The notes below the pieces were generated by a model. It worked only from the letters and a program-made list of their open reading frames with translations, searched no databases and had not been told where the DNA came from. The position numbers were made by a program, and so were the translations under genes. Shown here piece by piece: positions 12,001 through 28,249 of a stretch of DNA of 64,000 nt. Positions within the stretch are counted from its first letter, which is position 1. Each line of letters begins with the position of its first letter. Source of the DNA: Octopus vulgaris (lineage: Eukaryota); NCBI GenBank assembly GCA_951406725.2, contig OX597837.1, positions 46,934,001-46,998,000 on the forward strand, given 5' to 3'.

Positions 12001-12739
12001 CAAAGCACACCTGATGTGAAGCTTATGATGATTGTTTAGTGAAGGAAGTCGCTAATGAAGATGTCAACACTTGAATGATTGGACTGAGTCATTAATCCAA
12101 TGGCTGTGAAATGCCTCTGGTGCAGTAACAACAACAACACTTGTGTCCATGAATGAACAACTTTGTATCCAAGGTTTTATTCAGATGCATAACAAGCAAA
12201 TTCGTTCTGTGAGTCCACAATGTTCAGTGATGTTTTTTGGGATTGAAGTAAAAGGTTCTGAACTTCTTGCCATGTTCCATGACAACAATGAGAAAATAGG
12301 AGGAATTCAAACTACAAAAATTACTTTCAGACAGGCACTAGGCATAGAATACCATAGTGAGTTACTGGTAGGAAAGAATATTGAAATTGTGTGCTTGGCT
12401 CTCTCTCTCCGATGTTGACCTCATCGCGTCTTAGAGAAGAAAAGAGAAATACAACTGGTATTCACTCTTAAGCGATATTGCTTCTAACACACTCTTGTGT
12501 GTAGTTTAGCAGTTACGCCTTGTATGCTAGCAAAGGGGGAACTAACCAATGTTTGCTTGGAATGTTCTAGAATATTCGACAGGGGAGATAACTGTAGTTG
12601 ACTCCCAACGAATAGTTTGTGGGCTATGAACCTGTTTCAAATAGCCATGTCTACAATTCCCTTTTTTGATAGCAAAGGACATAATCTACATAAACTGGGT
12701 AACCTCTGGTCAGATGGTCAACAAAAGAGTACTCTCTGG

Positions 12740-13116
12740 GGGTTTTGAGGAAGTTCAGAAAGAAATTTCATCATAAAATGCCAGAACACTTATACCAGTC
12801 CACAATTCCATTCTGGTAACCAACTCCTTGATAGAGATGGGCAGCAAAACTGTCCCTCCCCCTCCCCCCACAATCCAGACCTTGCTCCCTGTGAATTTTG
12901 GTTGCTCTCCAAGCTGAAGGAGTCTGTAGTAAGGGTCCTGGACATGTTTGGTTTGGAGGATTTCCATGGGGCCTTCACAAAATGGCTGGAGCACTACAAC
13001 AAGTGCACTGATGTCAGAGGATACTCCCTTGAAGAAGATTAAAGTCTTGTACTTCTTTGAAGTTAATAAATGCCTCCACTGAAAATGTCTAAAAACTTCT
13101 GAGATGTCCCTTGTGT
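12740..13116 (+). mobile_element. Mariner transposase C-terminal remnant plus right TIR
   Basis: PHNPDLAPCEFWLLSKLKE...FHGAFTKWLEHYNKC..GYSLEED* (the YSPDLAPxD motif), then a TIR-like AAAACTTCTGAGATGTCCCTTGT shared with the 48168 and 55919 copies. Confidence 0.75.
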
Positions 13117-13582
13117 AAATTTCTTTAAGCAAAAACTATTGCCATTTACTTTCCTCGGAGGCATGTTCAGGCCATTTTATTCTCAATGCTGTTAACACTC
13201 TGATAGAAAATGAAAAGCAAGCATGTACCACATGTTCTCATCCAAAATATGAATTCAGAAAGACATGTATTTGCTGTAAAACATGAACTCGTGACTGTAA
13301 ACTTTAACCCCTGCAAGACTGATAGTAGGAAGGAGCACAAGCTGGTATATATAAGAAGAGCAACTGTCAATCATGGCCAGAGGTCAAATCCTACTGATAG
13401 TGACTGTAAGGTCATATGTTTTAAGTACAAGTTCACTAAACATCTCAGAAATGCCTACAATAAAATATGTGACAAAATAGATAGCAGTAATTCATTTGGG
13501 GACTGTTTTATCAAGCAGAGGAGACTGGACGTAAGGGAGGTAACGAGGTTGATTTAAGTTCATATTTTCTTTTATATTTTAG

Positions 13583-13763
13583 GACCTTGAAAATGTTGTG
13601 TCTAAAATCGCTAAATTCCTTCAAGTTGAATTGGAACCAGACCTGTGCAAAGACATTGCTGACTTGTGCACATTTAAGAAGATGAAAGCTGAGAAGAAAT
13701 CGGAAAATATCGGACCACTTCCTACAGTTTTATGGAAGCCAAATGTTTCATTTTACCGTACTG
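13583..13763 (+). CDS. Sulfotransferase internal coding exon
   Basis: Acceptor tatattttag| and donor ctg|gtatgt. Encodes DLENVVSKIAKFLQ...IADLCTFKKMK...FYRT(G), matching SULT DxxxxxxKIxxFL...SFxxMK...FxRKG. Confidence 0.93.
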
Positions 13764-14004
13764 GTATGTTGACGGTTTTTTTTTCCTTTTTTGGTTTTGT
13801 TCATGTTATTAGTTATATCCTGGGTTCAAATTCAATTCAGCATGCATTAGAATCATTTAATTTCTTTTCCTTTTATATAATCCCACCAATATTATCACTG
13901 GTTCCTAGTATAAATAAACTGCTTTTTTTTAAATACAAACCTACCATCATAATTTCATGTAAGATTCTTTTGTTTAAAGCTACATCTAAACCAGTAGCTT
14001 AATG

Positions 14005-14445
<441 letters not shown>

Positions 14446-14559
14446 CCATCCATCCATGTCCTCCACCCACTATTCCTGTGATGGTCATGGTAGTAGAGTC
14501 ATCAGGTGCCTCCTGCATAGGACCGTATCAGAAGCAACTGTCATTACATTTTCTGGCTG

Positions 14560-14930
14560 AATTCTCAAGCATGACTAACCGAGACTATGAATATAACCCA
14601 AACCTCTTATTCTTGGTCCAACCCTGCGTCTCCTGCTGGTTGGCTTAGCTTGAAGAATCCAGTTTTCCAGTCTTTTCCTTCAACATTTTAACAGCATGTC
14701 TTTAGTATCAATTCACAGAAGTAGTAACTTGATCTGAAGAGACACCCTGATTTCCCTGATCTCACCCTGTCGCATAACGGTATTCCAGAAATCCTTTGGA
14801 GAAACCTCATTTGGGCCACTTATATTTGTCATTGTACTTTTTGTTTATTACACAACATTTCTGACCAAAGGTGATGATAGGAACGAAAACTGAATTGAAA
14901 GACAGCAAGTTTGGCTTTTTTACCAATCTC
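14560..14930 (-). mobile_element. Highly decayed RTE-like LINE fragment
   Basis: Minus-strand remnant QI*VAQMRFLQRISG resembles RTE IQAAEMRFLRRxxG. Confidence 0.4.
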
Positions 14931-15499
14931 TCCTCAGCTGAGAATCAAATATTGAAGCTGGTGCATTTCTAATTTTGAAACAAATGTTTGTATCTGCGGC
15001 TGACCTCTTTGACTCTGCATAAATTTCTTTGCTGACTCTAACCACTATATCAAGTCTGTTATATTCACATTTGACAAACATTTTCTGTGAATATTCATTC
15101 CATCACCATTACATGAATTGATTGTGTGTGTGTGTGCATGCATTAATTACTTGTAGGGAACCGTTTTTCATGATGCACCCATGATACACTGCAAAGTATA
15201 TTAAATGCTTTATAAGTCAATGCTGTGTCCTTCTGTGTTAGCAGTGCTATTAAATCACTTTTTAAGGTAATCACTACAGATTTTCTGTAGAAATTATTGA
15301 CAGTATTGATTTATTATGACATTTATATTAGACGTATTCAGATAAAAAACATTGTAACAAATCAGTGTTTGCTATAATCTCTATAGAAAATCTGGAGAGG
15401 TAACCTTAAAAAGCCTCTATGGACACACTTTCTCTTTCGTTTGTTTCCTTCATTATTTCACTGAGCGTCTAATAGAAACTGTTTCTTTATTCCACGCAG

Positions 15500-15612
15500 G
15501 TAAAGTTGCCACTTGGAAGAATTGGCTTACAGTGTCACAGAGTGAAAGATTAGATGAACGCCTCGATAAAGAACTGGAAGATTATGCCAACCTGATCCAA
15601 TTCAATATCTGA
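15500..15612 (+). CDS. Sulfotransferase terminal coding exon
   Basis: Acceptor ttccacgcag|. Encodes (G)KVATWKNWLTVSQSERLDERLDKELEDYANLIQFNI* with TGA at 15610-15612, and contains the SULT dimerisation motif KxxxTVxxxE. Absent from the ORF track (too short). Confidence 0.92.
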
Positions 15613-15647
15613 CCAGAATCCACATGATTAAGCATCTATATTTAAAA

Positions 15648-15698
<51 letters not shown>

Positions 15699-15925
15699 TT
15701 TAAGTTCTTTTGTAGAATTCAAGGGTTGTCACTAATAATGTATCAAGACATTTGCTTGGATTAAATCTGTTCCCTGGACTTGTGAGTATGTTAGTGTATG
15801 CATATGACTAGTTTTTTCTTTGTACTGGTACACTTGTACTCTGGTTCACGATAGTGTGTGTGATTGCTTTTAATGTATGCATATAAGTATGTATGTATGA
15901 ACACATGTATATACATATGTAAATA

Positions 15926-17237
15926 CTAGCTGGTTTACCTGGTAATTCCCGGGGGTAAAGATGTTCTATTGAAACGCCATGTTACTCTGATATAAGAAAG
16001 CAATATCGTTATAACTGTCACAAAAGATGTATTTTCCGTCAAAAAACTGTCAGCTGGAAGAGGGAGAGATTGTTGGAGGTTGGAGAGAGTGGTTTTTGGA
16101 GGTTAGCAAGAAAGATTGTCAGAAGTTGGTGAGAGAGGTTGTACAAATATATGAATGAAGTGTTTGAAAAAAGTGCAATAATAATGTTCATACTCACTGA
16201 TGGTCACTCTCAGTAACTGCCTTTAGCTTATGGAGTTCTTGTTTTTATAACTATCGAAAAGTAGCCAGAAGGATAGACATATCGTTGAGAACAAATGATT
16301 TTGTTGGAGGTTTGTTATCTCCATTCCAGCCAGTGGTGGCTAGAAAAGGTTAGAAGGGCCAAGTGGCAAAGACATTATTCTGCTTATTGTTTTACTGAGA
16401 GAAAAGTGCTGTTGAAGTGTTAAGTGAAATTTGGCAATCTAGGATCGAATCCATGCTATACCTGCGTGAAGCCACTATAAATACGTTGTGGAATAACAAA
16501 TTTATCTGTTGTCATGGAAAAAGTGTAACTTTAAAAATGCAGAATTATTGGAGTAATTGGCATTCAAAAAAGTATGTATGTATAGAAATGTATGAATGAA
16601 GTCTTTAAGGTTTAAGATTCAAATTAAGGAAGTGCAATAATAAAGTTTAGCAGTTCAAAACTGTGAGTAGTGAAATGCAGAATTAGGTCTGTTGATCGTG
16701 AGAATCAAATATTGATTGCTTTGCTAAAAACTGCTGGTGGTATGGGTTGTTTAAATAAAATATTAGTAATATGTAGTAGATAGAAGGATTCATTGGAGGA
16801 GTCCTGTTATCGATTTTTTCAACAATCTAAGTATGTCACAAGGTTTCCAGACATGAGTTCTACTCACGTGTCAAATAAAGTGATATTGTCTGCAAAAATT
16901 AGAAATTGGACACTAAAAAAAATCAATATTTAAAGTAATCGAACATAAACAATGAAATGGATTATTTCCCTTGAGTGTTTAAAAAATATATTGTGTTGGC
17001 GGTATGAGTTATTTCCTTTGGGTGTTTAAAAAAATAGTTATATGAGGTAGATATAAAGGTCCCTTCCAGGGGCCATATTATCGATTTTTTCAACAATCTA
17101 AGTATGTCATGAGGTTTCCTGACATGAGTTCTACTTACCTGTCAAGTTACATCAAAATCAATAAAACGATCTTGGAGGAATTAGCTAACAACGCCACAAA
17201 AAAAAACACATACCGATCTTCCACATATGTAGTAAAT
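15926..17237 (-). mobile_element. Non-autonomous Helitron
   Basis: Minus-strand 3' end ...ACCCCCGGGAATTACCAGGTAAACCAGCTAG|T (GC hairpin, then CTAG). Internal duplication at about 16805-16875 and 17076-17145. The 5' boundary is approximate. Confidence 0.6.
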
Positions 17238-17799
17238 ATTCACACATATGTATAAAATTGAAGTGAATCCTTCTTTTGTTTCAGTCAATTTAACTTTTCA
17301 GGCTTCTGGTTACTTGCATTGGTTGAAGTATGCCTGTATGTGTGCATATTGTTTGTGTATGGATAACCTTGCACTCATGGGCATGCATGTCATGATAGAA
17401 CACAAGTATAGGTTTCATAACTTTATGCGTGTGTGTTGATATGTATATTCCATATTTATGTATTTATATATTTACAATACGTGTGTGTGTGTGTGTGTGT
17501 GTGTGTGATTTTGTGCATATGTTCACCCAGAAATGTTTAACAACTTTTCCCTGTTCCTCTGATTTACCGTTTCTGGAGAATGCAAGCTGGTCTCTCTGTA
17601 CACTTATGATTATAAGAACAAATAAAAATCTATTTCCTGGATGTAAGAGTTGTATGTTTCTCATTAATTCTCAATAGTTGTTGTCATTTTCAAGTTTCAA
17701 AGTGAAATTCATATCTGCGGGGAAACTGATCCCTCTAACGGCACACAACTTTTGCCCTCTGTCCCACACAACTGTATCTTGCTCATTGCATTTTCAATA

Positions 17800-18330
17800 G
17801 GTTGTTCCTCCTGTTTTTTTTTATTTTTAAAGGTGAGTATAGTTTACAGATTGGTGTATGGTAGCCAAGGCAATCCTTTCTGCTTATAACATTGTATAGC
17901 ACTGTGGTCCGTCTTAGCAATCATATCATGCCTCATAGGAAGGTTGTATCTTGCAAACATGGTTGGAGAACTGCTGATACAATGGGTGATATCTTCTACA
18001 CTGTAACAGCACAACTGACACTTTCTATGACAGCGTTGAGGTTTAGAGGTATAGCAAAGATATTGCCTTCTAGATGAGATGTGATGTGTTTGTCACAGGT
18101 CCAGGTGAGCCAGAGATAGCTACAAGCCTTTGAGTTTCTGGTTTGTGAGATATGTACTGATGCATGATTTTCTGCTGGTATGATGAGAATTTCTCTGCCA
18201 AGTCTCTGTTTAAAAAGGTCAATCCAGCCTGTCTGCCATCAGTCATCACATTCTGTGTCAATGCATTCCCGCAGAAATGCATTCAAGCAACCTGTATATT
18301 ATTTACACATCATACTAAAGAATCCTATGG
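17800..18330 (-). mobile_element. R4/Dong-clade LINE fragment (CCHC knuckle region)
   Basis: Minus strand reads KCQLCCYSVEDITHCISSSPTMFARYNLPMRHDMIAKT; homologous to SCPKMSSRY.LPMRH at about 35970. Confidence 0.65.
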
Positions 18331-18369
18331 ATCTATAGTTTTTGGCTACAGGTATTACCTGGTTTTGAA

Positions 18370-18458
18370 GGCGGCGAGCTGGCAGAAACGTTAGCACGCC
18401 GGGAAAAATGCGTAGCCATATTTTGTCTGCCCCTACGTTCTGAGTTCAAATTCCGCCG
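18370..18458 (+). mobile_element. tRNA-derived SINE family B, head only
   Basis: GGCGGCGAGCTGGCAGAAACGTTAGCACGCCGG...GAGTTCAAATTCCGCCG (A and B boxes); a full copy lies at 56641-56862. Confidence 0.8.
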
Positions 18459-19548
<1,090 letters not shown>

Positions 19549-19630
19549 ACATACATGTACATATATAAATTTATATAAATACATATAATCTCCTAGGGAT
19601 AAAAAATGGTAGTAACACAGTTCTGTACAG

Positions 19631-19736
19631 AACCTATTTCTTTACTACCCACCCAAGGGGCTAAACACAGAGAGGACAAACAAGGACAGACAAACGGATT
19701 AAGTCGATTACATCGACCCCAGTGCGTAACTGGTAC

Positions 19737-19741
<5 letters not shown>
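19631..19741 (-). mobile_element. SINE family B, 3' portion
   Basis: CCTATTTCTTTACTACCC..AAGGGGCTAAACACAGAG...CGACCCCAGTGCGTAACTGGTACTTAAT, as at 56641-56740. Confidence 0.8.
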
Positions 19742-19775
<34 letters not shown>

Positions 19776-20185
19776 CAATAATTGAGGGTTTAGCAACAAG
19801 TTGCTTAACCACATACCGAAAAATTTAGAAACAGCAGCCAAAAGACCGTTATTTCTTTTCGCTACAAAATATGACTCCATATGTTATATGGTATTGCCAT
19901 TGATATGCTACAAAATAATATTCAACATATTTGGTAATAAAACCGATCTAGAACATGGAGCTTCATGAGTGTGAAGAAAAATACATACGTAAAAGAAAAG
20001 AAGAGCTTAGAGAGAAAAAGGAAAAGCTGAATATGTATAAATCATAACATTTTGCTTATGTGTCTCTTTGGGATGTTGAGTATATATATATATATATATA
20101 CATACGTATTTATATAGGGTTGGTCTGTCTATAGCACTCATTCACCATTACCTGACACCTTTGGGCCTCAATGACACCATTATCT

Positions 20186-20244
<59 letters not shown>

Positions 20245-20380
20245 TACGAAAACAGATGTATTAGTATAACGCTCAGGAATAGAAAAAGTCTTTTACGTTT
20301 CGAGCTTACGCTCTTCTACAGAAAGGGACACAGAAAAACAAGGAGAGAAAAAATGTGTGTAGTGGCTAACGATCTATTAT
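20245..20380 (-). mobile_element. Family H repeat with hammerhead-like motif
   Basis: Minus strand reads CUUUCUGUAGAAGAGCGUAAGCUCGAAACGUAAAAG at 20288-20326. Confidence 0.7.
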
Positions 20381-21243
20381 ATATATATATATATATATAT
20401 GGTATGTATGTAATTATAAACGGATATAGGTATGTCTATATATATATATATATAAACGTATATAGGTATGTATATATATATATATATATATATATAAGTA
20501 TATATAAGTATAGAAAGGATAAAGAACCAGGTTTTAAAAAGTGTACTGGGGCCGATCTGCTTGACTATCCCCTTCTAGGAGGTGCTGTAGTCCAATGACT
20601 GAAAGAAGTAAAAAATAAAAGAGAATAAAAATGCTGGGAACTTTTTTTCCCATTTACCGATACAGGAAGTGATGTTAATTGATTGTGAATGGCTTGTGGA
20701 ATCAATTAAACCAACAGTCTGTAGTTAATTGATGTTTCATATTTTATTGACCCCACAACGATAAACAGAAAACAGAACCCCGTAAGATTCGAACTCAGAA
20801 CCCATAAGCCCTGAACCCACATCTCTGCTCTGTTGATTATATGCCGAATGAATAATCTAGATTAAAGGTATCTTGTAGAAGACTAATAAAATAAAAACAA
20901 CATCCATTTCAGGTAGGACAGACAATTTTATTATCATCATCATCATCGTCATCGTCAATGTCATCGTTGTCGTCATTGTCATCATCGTTGTCATTGTCGT
21001 CATCGTCGTTATCGTCACCACGAGCACCAGCACCAGCACCAGCACCACCATCACCACCACCACCACCACCACAACCACCATCATCATCATCATCATCATC
21101 AAATATTTACAATAAATTTGAACTCAGAAGTTGAGAAGTAGGATTCTCGAACACACGTATTTCTATCCAATAAGTTAATTCACTTTATACACAAAATGTT
21201 TATCACAACAGGATATCAATAATTTAATAATTGGATTAAAATG

Positions 21244-23155
<1,912 letters not shown>

Positions 23156-23159
23156 GTTG

Positions 23160-23285
23160 GAATTTACAAAACAAAACAAAACAAAAGACGAAGATTTATA
23201 AACGACAGATGTAGTTGTTTAACGCTCAGGAAGTGAGAAAGTCTTTTACGTTTCGAGCCTACGCTCTTCAACAGAAAGGAACATA
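23160..23285 (-). mobile_element. Family H repeat with hammerhead-like motif
   Basis: Minus strand reads CCUUUCUGUUGAAGAGCGUAGGCUCGAAACGUAAAAGAC at 23241-23279. Confidence 0.7.
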
Positions 23286-23504
23286 CATACACATATACAT
23301 AATGCATGTTTTGTCACAGACTCGTTTTAATAATGCTTCTCTCTTGGCTGTGGGTAATTGTTGTTGGTATCTGACCAACATATAAACTGGATGGAAGAAG
23401 TTTCCATATTGCACAGAACTTGATTTAATGTTATTTCTTTCTGCTTTTGGCTATATGACATGCAGCACATAAATCTGTAAACTGAAAAGCGGGAGTAAAT
23501 CACC

Positions 23505-24753
23505 TAATAATAATAATAATAATAAGAATAATAATAATAATAATAATGATAATAATAATAATAATAATAGTAGTAGTAGTAGTAATAATAATAATAATAA
23601 TAATAATAGTAGTAGTAGTAATAATAGTAGTAGTAGTAATAATAATAATGATAATAATAATAATAGTAGTAGTAGTAATAATAATAATAATAATAATAGT
23701 AGTAGTAGTAGTAGTAGTAATAATAATAATAATAATAATAGTAGTAGTAGTAGTAATAATAATAATAATAATAGTAGTAGTAGTAGTAATAATAATAATA
23801 ATAATAATAATAGTAGTAGTAGTAATAATAATAATAATAATAATGATAATAATAGTAGTAGTAGTAATAATAGTAGTAGTAATAATAATAATGATAATAA
23901 TAGTAGTAGTAGTAATAATAGTAGTAATAGTAGTAGTAGTAGTAGTAGTAGTAGTAATAATAATAATAGTAGTAGTAGTAATAATAATAATAATAATAGT
24001 AGTAGTAGTAGTAATAATAATAATAATAATAGTAGTAGTAGTAGTAATAATAATAATAATAATAGTAGTAGTAGTAATAATAATAATAATAATAGTAGTA
24101 GTAGTAATAATAATAATAATAATAATAGTAGTAGTAGTAATAATAATAATAATAATAATAATAGTAGTAGTAGTAGTAGTAGTAATAATAATAATAATAA
24201 TAGTAGTAGTAGTAATAATAATAATAATAATAATGATAATAATAGTAGTAGTAGTAATAATAATAATAATAATAGTAGTAGTAGTAGTAATAATAATAAT
24301 AATAGTAGTAGTAGTAGTAATAATAATAATAATAATAATAGTAGTAGTAGTAATAATAATAATAATAATAATAATAGTAGTAGTAGTAATAATAATAACA
24401 ATAATGATAATAATAGTAGTAGTAGTAATAATAATAATAATAATAATAATAGTAGTAGTAGTAGTAATAATAATAATAATAATAATAGTAGTAGTAATAA
24501 TAATAATAATGATAATAACAGTAGTAGTAGTAATAATAATAATAATAATAATAATAGTAGTAGTAATAATAATAATAATAATAATAATAATAGTAGTAGT
24601 AGTAATAATAATAATAATAATAATAGTAGTAGTAGTAATAATAATAATTGTAATAATAAAAGTAATAATAATAATAATAATAGAAATAATAATGATAATA
24701 ATAATAATAATATTAGTAATAATAATAATAATAATATTAATAATAATAATAAT

Positions 24754-24797
<44 letters not shown>

Positions 24798-24961
24798 TTA
24801 GTAATAATAATAATAATAATAATAGTAATAATAATAGTAATGATAATAATAATAATAGTAATAATAATAATAGTAATAATCATAGTAATAATGATAATAA
24901 TAATAATAGTAACAATAATAACAATAGCAATAATAATAATAATAATAATAACAATAGTAAC

Positions 24962-25009
<48 letters not shown>

Positions 25010-25271
25010 AGTAATAATAATAATAATAATAATAGTAATAATAATGATAATAATGATAATGATGATAGTAATAATAACAACAACAACAATAACAATAGTA
25101 ATAATAATAATAATAATGATGATAATAATGATAATAATAATAATAATAATAATGATGATGATACTAATAATAACAATAATAGTAATAATAATAATAATAA
25201 TATTAATAATAATAATAATGATAATAATAGTAATGGTAATAATAATAGTAATAGTAATAATAATAATAATA

Positions 25272-25302
<31 letters not shown>

Positions 25303-25332
25303 TGATAATAATAATGATAGTAGTAGTAGTAG

Positions 25333-25364
<32 letters not shown>

Positions 25365-25430
25365 ATAATAATAATAATAGTAATAATAATAGTAATAATA
25401 ATTGTAATAATATTAATAATAATAATAGAC

Positions 25431-25462
<32 letters not shown>

Positions 25463-25475
25463 CGTAATAATAATG

Positions 25476-25509
<34 letters not shown>

Positions 25510-25543
25510 TAATAATAATAAAAATAATAATAATAATAATAAC

Positions 25544-25591
<48 letters not shown>

Positions 25592-25600
25592 TGTAATAAT
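23505..25600. repeat. About 2.1-kb trinucleotide array: alternating (TAA)n(TAG)m blocks, then degenerate (AAT)n
   Basis: Read directly; source of the poly-L/I/V/N ORFs. Confidence 0.97.
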
Positions 25601-25958
25601 TAAATTATTAAATGTGCTTAAATCACGGTGCTCTCTCTTGATCGAACAACAATTGGATTGGTTCCACTCGTCTTTACCAGTTTATCTGGAGTGTTTTACA
25701 TAATCTGATCTCTAGAAAGAGGGCATATTTAATTCGAAACTTATACAAAAATCATGCAGTGACGAGACGTTTCAATTGTGTGTGTATGTATGTATGTATG
25801 TATGTATGTATGTATATGTGTATATATATATAAGCATTAGAACAAAATATATAAAGAAAATTTGTACAATATGAACTGACTTTTGAACAAACGAAATACA
25901 CACAAAGACAATATCTTTTTTCTTTGTCATTCATTTAAAAGATGGTAACCAATGAAAT

Positions 25959-26322
25959 CAATTGCGGCGTGGAAGGTGTTTATAAGTCATTTAAGAAACA
26001 TACAAAACCGTTAGATTCACTTCAACATTTCAATTTAATTTGTCAAAATATTTTCGTTTCTTTCAGACCGCGACTTGTTCACTGACAAAATTCCGAGCTG
26101 TATCACGAAATTTTGAGATGCAGCATAGAATTTTGTCAGTGAACCGGTCACAGTCTCAAAGCGACGAAAATATTTTGGCAAATCAAATTTAAATGTTGAA
26201 GTGAATCTAACGGTTTTTGTGTGTTTTTAAATGGCTTATAAACACCTTTCACGCTGCAATTGTTTTTGTTTCAGCATACGGTCTCAGACCAGGTCACTTG
26301 CTATGCAAATACATCTCCGTAA
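25959..26322. mobile_element. Fold-back insertion (about 145-bp inverted arms plus 60-nt tail) with a 13-bp target-site duplication
   Basis: Arms at about 25959-26108 and 26116-26262 are imperfect reverse complements. TAACCAATGAAAT is directly repeated at 25946-25958 and 26323-26335. Confidence 0.85.
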
Positions 26323-26790
26323 TAACCAATGAAATATATATTCAGAAATTATTTTCAATCATAAAGGCGGTGCTCCAGCATGGCCATAGTCAAATGACTG
26401 AAACAAGTAAAAGAGAGAAAAAGAGAATATTTCAGTACTGAACGTGGTGGAGGAAAGATCCAACTGTTGTGTGTCAGGTTGAATTTTGTTTCTTTTTATT
26501 ATGGTTTTCATACTTATTATTATAATACTCTTCTCTCCCCCCTCCCCCCTCTCTCTCACACACATCCACAAACACAGCATCGAATATTTTATAATACGCT
26601 TTAAATGATGCTGTATAAAGAATATACCTATGTATACACACATGCGCACTGACGGACAGACATATTACTTTGTGACAAAAATGGTTTTATAGTGAGTCAT
26701 CAGATGTAACACAATGTATGTGTGTTTATCATGCATACATATATATGTATATATATATATATGCATATATACATACATATATATATGCAC

Positions 26791-26822
<32 letters not shown>

Positions 26823-26839
26823 ATATGTATGTATGTATG

Positions 26840-26888
<49 letters not shown>

Positions 26889-27346
26889 GGTGTGTGTGCC
26901 TGAATAAGTGAATGAACTCCAAATTTGTTCCATAAAATTCATAACTTGTATGTAATCTGAAATAAATTAAGTTCGTTCATCGAAATTTGCGTAACATTGA
27001 TTCCACTTCTCTTTTCTTATTGTTATCACATACATACATACATACATACATACATACTTATATACATGTACACACACACGCACGCGCGCACTAACACACA
27101 CACACGGAAAGATTTCAAAGATCAATGAAGCACATTTGTAACTTTATATATAAATAGATTAATGTATGTGTGTGAGTGTGTATCGCATTTATTTCTGTGA
27201 ATGAGTCTAAGTATATACGTTGTATGCCTTATGAGTATATTATATAATCAGACGAACGAAGGAAAATTGTGATTTCGATCGAGCTGTTGTTGTTGCAGTC
27301 GTAGCTGTTGTAGTCGACAGTTCTTGGGATTCTAGTTATTGGTTTT

Positions 27347-27480
27347 GTATGTATGTATGTATGTATGTATGTATGTATGTATGTATGTATGTATGTATGT
27401 ATGTATGTATGTATGTATGTATGTATGTATGTATGTATGTATGTATGTATGTATGTATGTATGTATGAATGTATGTATGT
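27347..27480. repeat. (TATG)n microsatellite immediately 3' of the Norrin-like stop codon
   Basis: Read directly from the sequence. Confidence 0.95.
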
Positions 27481-27526
27481 GAAGTTTTGTATGTTTTGTG
27501 TATGTATTTCAGGACCCTCCTTGTCT

Positions 27527-27751
27527 CTATCGCCGACAGTGTTCACATCCACAGCGCATAATATATCTGTATGTGGCGTATACCACCTCACCGTTCTGGC
27601 ATTGAAGACGGACAGCTTTCATGATGGAAAGTTTGTCGCGACAACAAGAGCATATGTAATGGAAAGGTTCTAATAATATTGGTGAGAAAGTTATCAGCGG
27701 TTGCGTTCTTGATTTCGTACAGTGGCCTTTGCAGCGAGTCAACAACATCTT
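27527..27751 (-). CDS. NDP: Norrin-like cystine-knot growth factor, last coding exon (74 aa plus stop)
   Basis: Acceptor ttttcttttgcag|. Encodes KMLLTRCKGHCTKSRTQPLITFSPILLEPFHYICSCCRDKLSIMKAVRLQCQNGEVVYATYRYIMRCGCEHCRR*. Aligns to human Norrin [75 protein letters not shown] (recalled sequence). Confidence 0.94.
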   Translation of the reverse strand, partial: KMLLTRCKGHCTKSRTQPLITFSPILLEPFHYICSCCRDKLSIMKAVRLQCQNGEVVYATYRYIMRCGCEHCRR

Positions 27752-28249
27752 CTGCAAAAGAAAAACGAAAATTATCGGACAAGAATGTTTAATAGAGTTG
27801 GAGTTGCAAGTATTTAATAACAATTTGAGTCAAGCCCACATTACTTAACGTTTCATTGGTGCAGAACGCGGCCAAATCCTCAGAAGTGCGGGGTTGGACT
27901 AAAGAGAATTAAAAGAAAATTGAACCATGGTTTCTTGGTGAAGATATTTAGGCATCCATTGGTCAGTTTAGGCTACACGCATGCTTCGGCTAAAAAGCGA
28001 CAGCAGTTCATTCAATTACCTGCTATGGTAACTCTCGTCACTGCACTGTCAAATGCTATAGACAACGATTACCTGAAATGCTTAGCCAAAGTACCTACCC
28101 GAACGAAACCGAAGGATGAAAGTCCATTTTAAAAATCCTTTTAAATTCCCCCAACTTCAACTTCATATATCTGAGAAAGTGAATGCGTTCTGCTCCTACG
28201 AGACTTTAAGTAATACGGAGTTGAGTTAACCTGTGTGTATATATATATA

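Noticed and set aside
27752-27823. N-terminal part of ORF 27527-27823 as a signal peptide
   Set aside because: It is the intron polypyrimidine tract; the real N-terminus is the exon at 32825-32974.
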